Part shown: piece by piece, positions 10,825 to 19,177 of the stretch
Numbering within the stretch: the stretch's first letter is position 1
Layout of the letters: every line of letters begins with the position of its first letter
Source: Vicinamibacteria bacterium
Lineage (GTDB): Bacteria > Acidobacteriota > Vicinamibacteria > Marinacidobacterales > Marinacidobacteraceae
Reading direction: 5' to 3'
Length of the DNA: 64,000 nt
Assembly (NCBI GenBank): GCA_964291235.2
Contig: OZ219816.1
Span: forward strand, 1,600,001-1,664,000
Position numbers and translations under genes: made by a program
The notes under the pieces: model-generated
Told to the model about the DNA's origin: nothing
What the model saw: only the letters and a program-made list of their open reading frames with translations
The model's database searches: none

Positions 10825-12048
10825 GTGAAGCTGCCTCCCGTGGATCAGGCCCGGGGGGCCTTCCGGCAACGTTTCGGCCGCTCGCCCGAGGGAGTCGCCT
10901 TCGCACCGGGCCGGGTGAACCTCATCGGGGAGCACGTGGACTACTGCGGGCTACCGGTGCTGCCGGCGGCGCTCGGCCGCGGGGTCGCGCTCGCCTTCGC
11001 ACCGCGGATGGACGCCCGGATCCGCTGTCTGAGCACCGCGTCCGAATACGGCGAAGTTGATTTCCCGCTGGAGTCCGATCCCCCTCGCCAGGGCTTCGGC
11101 CGCTACCTCAGCGCCGCGGCGGACGGCCTCACCGCCGGCGGCTGGACCGCCGCACACGCTGGATTCGACGGCGTGCTGGCGTCCGACCTGCCAGCCGCAG
11201 CGGGACTCTCCTCCTCGTCGGCGCTGGTGATCGCCGGCGCGTTCGCGCTGCTCGCCGTCCGCGGCCGTCTCGCTGCCGGGGAAACACTGTCGCGCGAGGA
11301 AGCGATGCGCCTGGCGCTCGACCTCGCGGAAGCGGAGCACGGCGTCGCCATCCAGGGCGGCGCGATGGACCAGTCCATCTGCCTGGGCGGCGTCCCCGGA
11401 CACGCGCTCCACATCGCCTTCGATCCGCCGCAATGGACTTCGGTTTCCGTGGACCCGGACCGTTTCCGCCTGCTGGTCGCCTACAGCGGCGAGCGGGCCG
11501 ACAAGGGCGCGGCGGCGGGGCGTATCTTCGACGAACGGGTCCGGCAGGCGCGCGAGGCGCTCCTGGCCGCCCGGGAGTTCTTCCCGGATGCGGCGGGTTG
11601 TCCGGCGCTCGTCGCGAATCACTCCCCGGAGGAGTTGGCGGCCGCGGCGGACCGGCTGCCCCCGCCGCTCGACGGCCGGTTCCGCCACGTCACCAGCGAG
11701 GCGCATCGAACGACCGCCGCGATCCGTTGCCTTCAAACGGGTGACGCCGCGGCTCTCGGAGCCCTGCTCGACGCGTCTCACCAGAGCCTCCGGCGCGACT
11801 ACGGAGTGAGCACGCCAGATCTCGACGCCCTGGTGGAAGGGGCGCGGGCGGGCGGCGCACTCGGAGCCCGGCTCACCGGCGCCGGACTCGGGGGGTCCAC
11901 GGTGATCCTCGCGCCGCCCGGCCGGGAGGAGACCATCCGGCAGCACCTCACCGAGCGCTACTACCGCCCGCGCGGCATCTCTGCCCCCGGGGACACCCAC
12001 CTGGTGGACGGCACGCCCTCCGGGCCGGCCGCCCTGCTCCCGGCCTGA
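10825..12048 (+). CDS. galK: Galactokinase / N-acetylgalactosamine kinase family (GHMP kinase)
   Basis: APGRVNLIGEHVDY, GLSSSSA, MDQ, SH.SLR.DY.VS, GARLTGAG.GG. Confidence 0.85.
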   Translation: MKLPPVDQARGAFRQRFGRSPEGVAFAPGRVNLIGEHVDYCGLPVLPAALGRGVALAFAPRMDARIRCLSTASEYGEVDFPLESDPPRQGFGRYLSAAADGLTAGGWTAAHAGFDGVLASDLPAAAGLSSSSALVIAGAFALLAVRGRLAAGETLSREEAMRLALDLAEAEHGVAIQGGAMDQSICLGGVPGHALHIAFDPPQWTSVSVDPDRFRLLVAYSGERADKGAAAGRIFDERVRQAREALLAAREFFPDAAGCPALVANHSPEELAAAADRLPPPLDGRFRHVTSEAHRTTAAIRCLQTGDAAALGALLDASHQSLRRDYGVSTPDLDALVEGARAGGALGARLTGAGLGGSTVILAPPGREETIRQHLTERYYRPRGISAPGDTHLVDGTPSGPAALLPA

Positions 12049-12052
12049 GCGA

Positions 12053-15000
12053 TCAGGCGGCCGAGCCGCGCCGTGCCAGCGTCCCGGTCAGGTCGCTCGC
12101 CAGGCTGTAGAGGACCGGAACCAGAAACAGCGTGACGAGCGTGGCGAAGGCCACCCCAAAAGCCAGCGACACCGCCATCGGGATCAACAGGGCCGCCTGG
12201 TAGCTCCGTTCGGCGAGCAACGGAGTCACGCCCGCACAGGTGGTCACCGAAGTGAGGATGATGGCCCGGAAGCGCGCCGGTCCCGAGGCGAACGCCGCTT
12301 CGCGCGCCGAAAGCCCCCGAGCCCGGTCCCGGTTGCTGAAATCGAGCATCACGAGAGCGTCGTTGACCACGATCCCGATCAGCGGCGCCATTCCGAAGAA
12401 GCTCATCATGTCGAGATTGATGCCCATGATGAAGTGCCCGAACACGGCACCGGCGAGCCCGAACGGGATCGCCGCCAGGATGACGAACGGCTGGGTCCAC
12501 GACCCCAGCGGAATCGCAAGCAGCACGAAAATGAGAATCACCGCCAACAACCCGCTGCGTCCGAGGGCTGCCTGGCTTTCCTCGGCCTCCGCCGCCAACC
12601 CCGCCACCGCGAATTCGTATCCCGGAAAGCGCTCGCGAAGCTCGGGCAACACGTCGTTCCGGACTCGCGCGATGACGGCGTCCGGAGTCGCCACCCGTCC
12701 GTCCACACTGGCGAGGACCGTAACCGCCCGCAACGAGTCCACCCGGCGAATGACGGATTGTCCACTCGTCCGGGAGACCTCGGCGATCTCGCCGAGGGAG
12801 GTCACCCGGCCGTCCGGCCGGCGGACGGGCAGTTCGGCTATTCCCAGGACTCCCCCGGACTCGGCGCGTGGATAGCGGAGCACCACCCGCACCTCGTCGC
12901 GGCCGCGATGCAACCGCGCGACGTCCTCACCGTGAAAGGCCTGCCGGACCTGGCGGCCCGCGGTCCCGGCATCGATTCCGGTTCCGGCTCCACCGGGCCG
13001 AACCCGAGCCACCAACCCCGGGGCCTCACCCTCGAAGTCGTCGAGAACGAGCGTCACCCCGGGTTGTTCGCCGAGCCGGGCCTGGAGCGCTTCCGACGCC
13101 TCCACCAGCCCCTCGAAATCAGGGCCGCGGATCCGGAAGGAAACATCCGCCGCCTGGCCGAAGGCGTCGCTGATCACGGACACCTCGGCGTCCACCGGCG
13201 CCGACCGCAGCCGTTCCCTGACCCGGTCCGCAACACCGCGGGTCGGTATTCCCGCGCGGTCCTCCTGGGGGCTGAGACGCCAGACGACCTGGCCGATCGC
13301 CGGGCCCACCGCACCGGACTGCCCACCGAAGGACTCGCCGACCCCGATCGGAAAACGCTGGCCCACCAGCACCACCCGGTGACGCTGCACATCCACTCCG
13401 GACTCCTGCCGAATGTCCTCGCGCACCCGGTCAACCACCGCGTCCAGCGAAGCAACGACGTTGCGGGTGGTGTCCGACGTCGCCTCCGCCGGCAGCGTCA
13501 CCTGCAGATTGACGATGTTGTTGTCCATGGGTGAGCTCGTCACGACCTGCACCCAACCGCCCGCCGTCAGTCCGAAGGCGAGGAATATCGCGAAGACGCC
13601 CAGCATCAGGGTCGCCAGCCGGTTGCCGAGGGCCCAACCGAGCGCCGGGCGGTAGATCGTGTCCACGGTCCAGTCGAATCCCGACTGGATTGCGCCGCGG
13701 ATCCGGGCCAGCCGGCGGCTCGGTCGCACGGCCACGCCACCGTGCGCCAGGTGGTGCGGGAGGATCAGGGCCGCTTCGATGAGGGAAAACGCCAGGATCG
13801 GAAGCACCATGCGCGGTACGTCGCCGATGAGTTCGCCAAAGACACCCGGGATTCCGAGGAGCGGGGCAACGGCGGCCATCGTGGTCAGCACCCCGAACGC
13901 CGCCGGGAAGAAGACGCGCCGGGTGCCGCGGATCGCCGCCTCTTCCGGGCTCACTCCGCCCCTCCCCACCCGCCGCTGGATGTCCTCGCCGACCACGATC
14001 GCATCGTCCACCACGATGCCGAGGGCCATGATGAACCCGAACATGCTCATCAGGTTCACCGTGACCCCGAGCCAGGGCATCAACAGGAAGGCGCCAAAGA
14101 AGGTGAACGGAAGTCCAGCGGCGGTCCAGACCGCCAGGCGGGTCGAGAGAGTGAAGAAGAGGACGACAAAGATGAGCCCCAGGCCGGCGATCCCGTTCCG
14201 GATCATGAGGTCGAGCCGGTCCTGGAAGTCGTCGGACGCGAAGTACCAGGGCGTCGCCCGGATGCCTTCCGGAAGCGGGATCTCCCGGATGGCCTCGCGA
14301 GCCCTCTCGGTGGTCTCCGCCAGGCGGCCACTGTCCCTCAGACCCACGGTCAGAAAGACCGCCGGCTCCCCGTTCATCGAGGCTTCCCGATCCGATTCAT
14401 CCAGGCCGTCGGTCACTGTCGCCACCTGACCCAGGCGGACGCTTCCGCCCCCCGGGACGGCGATGAGCGGGATCCTCCCGAAGTCTTCGGCGGTCACCGC
14501 CGCGCCTTCGGTCCTCAGCCGCAGTTCGTGAGCCCCGCTGCGGGCCGTGCCGGCGGGAATCTCCGCCGAGCCCGCGCGCACCGCGGCCGCCACCTGATCG
14601 AACGTCAGCCCGAAACGGGTCAGGTTCGCCTCAGGGATCTCGATCCTGAGTTCCCGATCCCACCCGGTCAGGCGCTCCACACTGGAGACCCCGCGGACTC
14701 CGGCAACGGCGTCCTGGACCCGGCGGGCCGCCTCGTGGAGATCCCGGGCGCCCGCCATGCCGTGCACGGCGATCCGGAATATCTCCTGGTACTCGGCGAT
14801 TTCGGACACCACGGGGTCCTCGACATCGCTCGGCAGGATGGTGAGCGATCCCACCCGCTCCCGCACCGTGTCCCCGATCGGGCGGATATCCGCCCCGGCT
14901 TCCAGGACGAGCGTCAGCGCCGCCACATCGTCCATGGCGAGGCCCGTCGTTTCGCGCACGCCCTCGATGCCCCGCAGTCCCTCTTCGAGCGGGACCAGGA

Positions 15001-15214
15001 CCCGAGACTCCACCACGTCTGCCTCGGCTCCCGGCAGCACTACCCGCACCACGATGGCGGGGGAAGAGGTCTCCGGCAGGAGTTGCTGCGGGACCCCGCC
15101 AAGCGCGATGTACCCGGCCAGACAGACGCCGAAGAAGATCAGGTTCGCGGCGACCCGGTTCCGCACGAACCAGGCGATGACGCCGGTGGAGCCACCGTCA
15201 CCGACCCGAATCAC
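12053..15214 (-). CDS. RND efflux transporter permease subunit (AcrB/AcrD/AcrF family)
   Basis: 1053 aa; NRVAANL start, GIVVDDAIVVGE, GIVVNDALV, RFRAIILTSVTT; two large periplasmic loops. Confidence 0.93.
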   Translation of the reverse strand: MIRVGDGGSTGVIAWFVRNRVAANLIFFGVCLAGYIALGGVPQQLLPETSSPAIVVRVVLPGAEADVVESRVLVPLEEGLRGIEGVRETTGLAMDDVAALTLVLEAGADIRPIGDTVRERVGSLTILPSDVEDPVVSEIAEYQEIFRIAVHGMAGARDLHEAARRVQDAVAGVRGVSSVERLTGWDRELRIEIPEANLTRFGLTFDQVAAAVRAGSAEIPAGTARSGAHELRLRTEGAAVTAEDFGRIPLIAVPGGGSVRLGQVATVTDGLDESDREASMNGEPAVFLTVGLRDSGRLAETTERAREAIREIPLPEGIRATPWYFASDDFQDRLDLMIRNGIAGLGLIFVVLFFTLSTRLAVWTAAGLPFTFFGAFLLMPWLGVTVNLMSMFGFIMALGIVVDDAIVVGEDIQRRVGRGGVSPEEAAIRGTRRVFFPAAFGVLTTMAAVAPLLGIPGVFGELIGDVPRMVLPILAFSLIEAALILPHHLAHGGVAVRPSRRLARIRGAIQSGFDWTVDTIYRPALGWALGNRLATLMLGVFAIFLAFGLTAGGWVQVVTSSPMDNNIVNLQVTLPAEATSDTTRNVVASLDAVVDRVREDIRQESGVDVQRHRVVLVGQRFPIGVGESFGGQSGAVGPAIGQVVWRLSPQEDRAGIPTRGVADRVRERLRSAPVDAEVSVISDAFGQAADVSFRIRGPDFEGLVEASEALQARLGEQPGVTLVLDDFEGEAPGLVARVRPGGAGTGIDAGTAGRQVRQAFHGEDVARLHRGRDEVRVVLRYPRAESGGVLGIAELPVRRPDGRVTSLGEIAEVSRTSGQSVIRRVDSLRAVTVLASVDGRVATPDAVIARVRNDVLPELRERFPGYEFAVAGLAAEAEESQAALGRSGLLAVILIFVLLAIPLGSWTQPFVILAAIPFGLAGAVFGHFIMGINLDMMSFFGMAPLIGIVVNDALVMLDFSNRDRARGLSAREAAFASGPARFRAIILTSVTTCAGVTPLLAERSYQAALLIPMAVSLAFGVAFATLVTLFLVPVLYSLASDLTGTLARRGSAA

Positions 15215-15235
15215 GGCAGCCAGAGGAACGTTTCC

Positions 15236-16432
15236 TCAGCGGTCCGGCCCGGGGACCTCGGTAGCGGCGGATCCGGCCGGTGCCGTTGTTTCCAGCACCG
15301 TTACCCGCATCCCGTCGGCAGCCAGCGAAGGCGGAGAAACCACGAACCGCTCTCCATCCCCGAGGCCGGACCGCACCAGCAGCGCGGCATCTCCCGAAGG
15401 CCAGAGGACTTCCACTTCCCGGATTCGGACCCGATCCTCGTCATCCACCACCAGCACGGTTCCGTCAGCGCGGAAGGCGCTCCGCGGCACGACCGCGATG
15501 CCCGGGAACTCCTTTCCCTGGATCTGCGCCTGCACGAACATGCCGGCGATGAGGGGCGGCCGGCCATCGGCAGTCTCCTGGTAGGGATGGGGAACTTCGA
15601 TCACCGCCGGAAAGAACCGGGTCGCCGGGTCCACCTCCCCCTCCATCCGAGTGAGCCGTCCCTCCCAGGTCCAACGCACCACCGCGGTCGGCGGACCGAG
15701 CATCGCGGTCACCCGGACCGCAGGTCCCTGCTCGACCCGGCCCCGAAACGGCAGATCCACGAGCGCCAGCGCCGCGTCCGGCAGAGCGACGCGCACCTCG
15801 GATACATCCAGGGAAAGCAGTTCCGCCATTTGCATTCCCGGCGTAACCCACTCCCCGACTTCGGCGTCGCGGGACGAAACCAGGCCGGCATGCGGGGCCC
15901 GGACCTCGGTGCTCGCCAGGTCCTCTTCGGCGCGGTCCACAGCGGACCGCGCCGCCGCCACGGCCTCCGCCGCCGCCGCCAACTGCGGCACCCGCAGCGC
16001 GAGCGGATCGGGCTCAGGTTCGGTCTGGTCCCATTCAGCGCGGGCCAGGCCGGCCGAAGCCTCCTCCCGGAGCACCCGAAGCTCGGCTTCGGCGAGGCGG
16101 CTCCGCGCCGCGGCCAGCGCCTCCTCGTAGGCTCCGGGGCGGATGCGGAAGAGGGGAGCACCCTCGGCAACCCGGGCTCCGACATCCAGCCCGTCCGCCG
16201 CCCAGGTCACCTCCCCGGTGGCCCGCGCGGCGACGGTGGTTCGTCTGGCCGATCTGGCCGTACCGTCGGCGGTGACCACCACCCGCTGCATTCCCAGGCG
16301 CACGGTCGCCACTTCAACCTCGGGCAACCGGGTCTCGATCTCCTGGGCCTCCGGTTTCGGGCCGAGAGCCACCAGGAGGGCAACGACAGCGACCGATACC
16401 AGCAGGATCGGAAGAAACAGAAGACGCCGCAT
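15236..16432 (-). CDS. RND efflux periplasmic adaptor (membrane fusion protein)
   Basis: N-terminal TM anchor, lipoyl-like GEV/VRAPHAG halves flanking an alpha-hairpin, GMFVQAQI; directly upstream of the RND permease; GGAGG upstream. Confidence 0.9.
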   Translation of the reverse strand: MRRLLFLPILLVSVAVVALLVALGPKPEAQEIETRLPEVEVATVRLGMQRVVVTADGTARSARRTTVAARATGEVTWAADGLDVGARVAEGAPLFRIRPGAYEEALAAARSRLAEAELRVLREEASAGLARAEWDQTEPEPDPLALRVPQLAAAAEAVAAARSAVDRAEEDLASTEVRAPHAGLVSSRDAEVGEWVTPGMQMAELLSLDVSEVRVALPDAALALVDLPFRGRVEQGPAVRVTAMLGPPTAVVRWTWEGRLTRMEGEVDPATRFFPAVIEVPHPYQETADGRPPLIAGMFVQAQIQGKEFPGIAVVPRSAFRADGTVLVVDDEDRVRIREVEVLWPSGDAALLVRSGLGDGERFVVSPPSLAADGMRVTVLETTAPAGSAATEVPGPDR

Positions 16433-16640
16433 CACAAGCTGGACACCTCCCGCCAGGCGGTCAAGTCGCCGGACGCCAAGCATCCCCACATCACGGAGGC
16501 ACAGTGTACGGCGAAGCGAGCCGCCCCATGCACAGCCGGTGCACTCGCACGCGCCCGGGGAGCGCGGCCGCGACCCCGGACCACCTACACTTCGCCGCGA
16601 ACACCCATGTCGTCCATACGTTGTAGCCGGAGATAGTCCG

Positions 16641-17477
16641 TTGCGTTTGTGGGCGCTGTCGGATCTCCACGTCTCCCATCCGGCAAACCGGGACGCGCTG
16701 GAGGATTTTCCTTCCCACCCCGACGACTGGCTGATCCTGCCAGGAGACGTCACGGACGGTGCACAACGGTTCGACTGGCTCCTCCGGCAGTTGACCCCGA
16801 AGTTTCGCCGGGTCGTCTGGACACCGGGGAACCACGAGTTGTGGACGGTCCCGGGCGAGAATTCGGAGCTGCGCGGGGTCGCGCTCTACGAACGACTGGT
16901 CGCCATCGCCCGCAGTCACGGCGTCCTGACCCCGGAGGATCCCTATCCGGTCGTCGAGCACCGGGACGGGAACGTCCTGATCGCACCCCTGTTCCTGCTC
17001 TACGACTACAGCTTCCGGCCGCGGCACGTTGCCCGTGATCAGGTCATTCGCTGGGCTCGCGAAACCCGGGCGGTCTGTTCCGACGAGTACCTGCTGCATC
17101 CCGACCCATTCCCCGATCGGGACTCCTGGTGCGCGGCGCGCTGCACCGCCGCCGCCTCCCGGCTCGCGTCCGCTCCCGCGGAAATCCCCAAGGTCCTGAT
17201 CAATCATTTCCCGCTGGAGGAGGAACACGCAGTGCTCCCCCGGGTACCCCGTTTCACACCGTGGTGCGGAACCCGCAGGACGAGCGGCTGGCACCGGCGC
17301 TTTGGCGCCTGCGCGGTGGTGTATGGCCACCTGCACATCCGGGGGACTCGCTGGTTGGACGGCGTTCCCTTCCAGGAGGTTTCGCTCGGCTACCCGCGGC
17401 AATGGGACCGCGTTCGCGGGGTCGGCGCCTACCTGCGGGAGGTGCAACTGGCGCCGGTGGGCGCCGGCCCCCGATGA
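16641..17477 (+). CDS. Calcineurin-like metallophosphoesterase, PptH/ACP-phosphodiesterase-like
   Basis: SDLH, GD, PGNHELW, LFLLYDYSF, NHFPL, WCGT, YGHLHI, EVSLGYPRQW; ATGA-coupled to a PPTase; TTG start with GGAG upstream. Confidence 0.85.
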   Translation: MRLWALSDLHVSHPANRDALEDFPSHPDDWLILPGDVTDGAQRFDWLLRQLTPKFRRVVWTPGNHELWTVPGENSELRGVALYERLVAIARSHGVLTPEDPYPVVEHRDGNVLIAPLFLLYDYSFRPRHVARDQVIRWARETRAVCSDEYLLHPDPFPDRDSWCAARCTAAASRLASAPAEIPKVLINHFPLEEEHAVLPRVPRFTPWCGTRRTSGWHRRFGACAVVYGHLHIRGTRWLDGVPFQEVSLGYPRQWDRVRGVGAYLREVQLAPVGAGPR

Positions 17478-18214
17478 CAAGCCGGCACGACCCGTGGTGG
17501 AGCCCGTGGCGCGAGTCCGCAGACACGCTCATCCTCCACGTGAACCTCCGGCCCGACGAGGAGCGGGAGAAGCGGGCGCTCGATCTGCTCGATGAAAGCG
17601 AACGGCATCGGTGGGACCGTTTCGTGGTGCAACGCGCCAAGCGTCAGTTCTCCCTCTGCCGCGCGGCGCTTCGGATCCACCTGTGCGAACGGTTGGGCTG
17701 CCAGAACCACGAACTCTCGTTCGGCTATCTGGAACACGGCAAGCCGTTCGCCCAGGTGAACGGGGCTCCCTCGCCGGTCAGCTTCAACGTGAGCCATAGC
17801 GGCAGCCACGGCCTCATCGCGTTCGCCGAGCACGATGGTCTCGGCATCGACCTGGAGGAGCGCGCCCCGGGCCGGAACTTCGACGGCATCGGGAGCAGCG
17901 TTTACGGCCCGGCGGAACAGCGGGCGCTCACCGCGGCTGAAGGCCGGGAGAAGGCCGACCTCTTCTACCGCCTCTGGAGCCTCAAGGAAGCCCTGATTAA
18001 GGCGCTCGGCACGGGCTTCTCGCTGAACCCGTCCCGGTTCGAGGTTCCGCGGTCCATACTCGAAGGCGGGCGCGCGTCCATGTTCCGCTTCCCGGACCGA
18101 TCACCCAACCCCTTCTGGCTGGAAGATCTGGGAGAGGCCCGATTCGCGGCCGCGATCGCCTACCGCCTGCCTTCAGGGCACACCGGCTCCAACCTCCGCG
18201 TCAGCGCGAGCTGA
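17474..18214 (+). CDS. 4'-phosphopantetheinyl transferase (Sfp type)
   Basis: HGKP, FNVSHS, GIDLE, WSLKEALIKALGTG. Confidence 0.93.
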   Translation: MTSRHDPWWSPWRESADTLILHVNLRPDEEREKRALDLLDESERHRWDRFVVQRAKRQFSLCRAALRIHLCERLGCQNHELSFGYLEHGKPFAQVNGAPSPVSFNVSHSGSHGLIAFAEHDGLGIDLEERAPGRNFDGIGSSVYGPAEQRALTAAEGREKADLFYRLWSLKEALIKALGTGFSLNPSRFEVPRSILEGGRASMFRFPDRSPNPFWLEDLGEARFAAAIAYRLPSGHTGSNLRVSAS

Positions 18215-19109
18215 AGCCACTCCGGTCGAGAAACTCCACCGTCAGCCGGGCGCATTCCTCGGGCCGCTCGAGCTGGGCCAGGTGGGTCGTCCCCTCCACG
18301 ACCCGAAAGTCCACCGACGCCACTCCGCTCAGATCGCACGGCGGGACAAAGTAGTGCGGGAGATTCGGGTCGGCTCCGACCACGAGGACCGGCAGCGGCA
18401 GCGAGTCCGGGGCTACCAGGCGTGCGAAATCGGGTGTCGAAGTCAGGATTCTCGCCTCGTAGTCGGGTGGGCACCGGAGTTCCCAGCCTCCGCCGGGTGC
18501 GCTGCGGAGCGTCGTCTGCGCCATCAGCCGTAGTGCCATCGGGCCAAGGCGCGCCATCGCCGGCTGGGCGGCCATGAGGTCGATGAACTCTTCCCGGCTC
18601 CGGAACCGAAACCCACGGATCCGGGTTCGCGCCGCCGCCCGCCGGCAGGCCAGGCTCAGGGCCCGCAGGGCGCCCGTCCCGTGCGAGAGCGGCGGTTCAA
18701 AGAGAACGAGGGTCGCATACGAGGCGCCGAGGGAAGGCGACAGGAGGGCCGCCAGACACGAAAGCGAGTGGAACACGCCGGCCCGGGGCCGCATCCCGAA
18801 GGCCTGGTCCACGGCCCTTCCGACGGCCTCGACGTCGCGGCAGAGGGTCGGGATGGTGTGCCTCGCGATGGCTGCCCGCGGGCCCTCGCCGTGATTCCGG
18901 AGGTCGAACAGGACGAGATCGAACTCGTCCAGCAGCAGCGACCAGTAGGGGTGGTAGAGATCGATGGCAAGTCCGTTGCCATGGCTCAGCAGCAGCCGGG
19001 GACCGTTCGGATTGCCATACCGCCGCACCGGCATCGTGATCCCGCCATCCAGCCGGGCCTCGATGGTGGACGCCGGAGGCGGCAGCGCCGGGGATGCAAG
19101 GGTCTCCAT
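18201..19109 (-). CDS. Alpha/beta hydrolase
   Basis: SHGNG oxyanion motif, DLRNHG, atypical nucleophile elbow GVFHSLS, C-terminal GTTHLAQLERP. Confidence 0.85.
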   Translation of the reverse strand: METLASPALPPPASTIEARLDGGITMPVRRYGNPNGPRLLLSHGNGLAIDLYHPYWSLLLDEFDLVLFDLRNHGEGPRAAIARHTIPTLCRDVEAVGRAVDQAFGMRPRAGVFHSLSCLAALLSPSLGASYATLVLFEPPLSHGTGALRALSLACRRAAARTRIRGFRFRSREEFIDLMAAQPAMARLGPMALRLMAQTTLRSAPGGGWELRCPPDYEARILTSTPDFARLVAPDSLPLPVLVVGADPNLPHYFVPPCDLSGVASVDFRVVEGTTHLAQLERPEECARLTVEFLDRSGFSSR

Positions 19110-19177
19110 GGGAGGTTCGACCGCTACCCCGGCCGCCCCGGGGCATGGTGGTGCCGCGCCCCGGTCCGCTCAGGGAG

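Noticed and set aside
13742-16636. Long alternative-frame ORFs (e.g. 964 aa here; also 40810-43020, 50690-53197, 53161-55341)
   Set aside because: Antisense to well-supported genes and lacking recognisable motifs.
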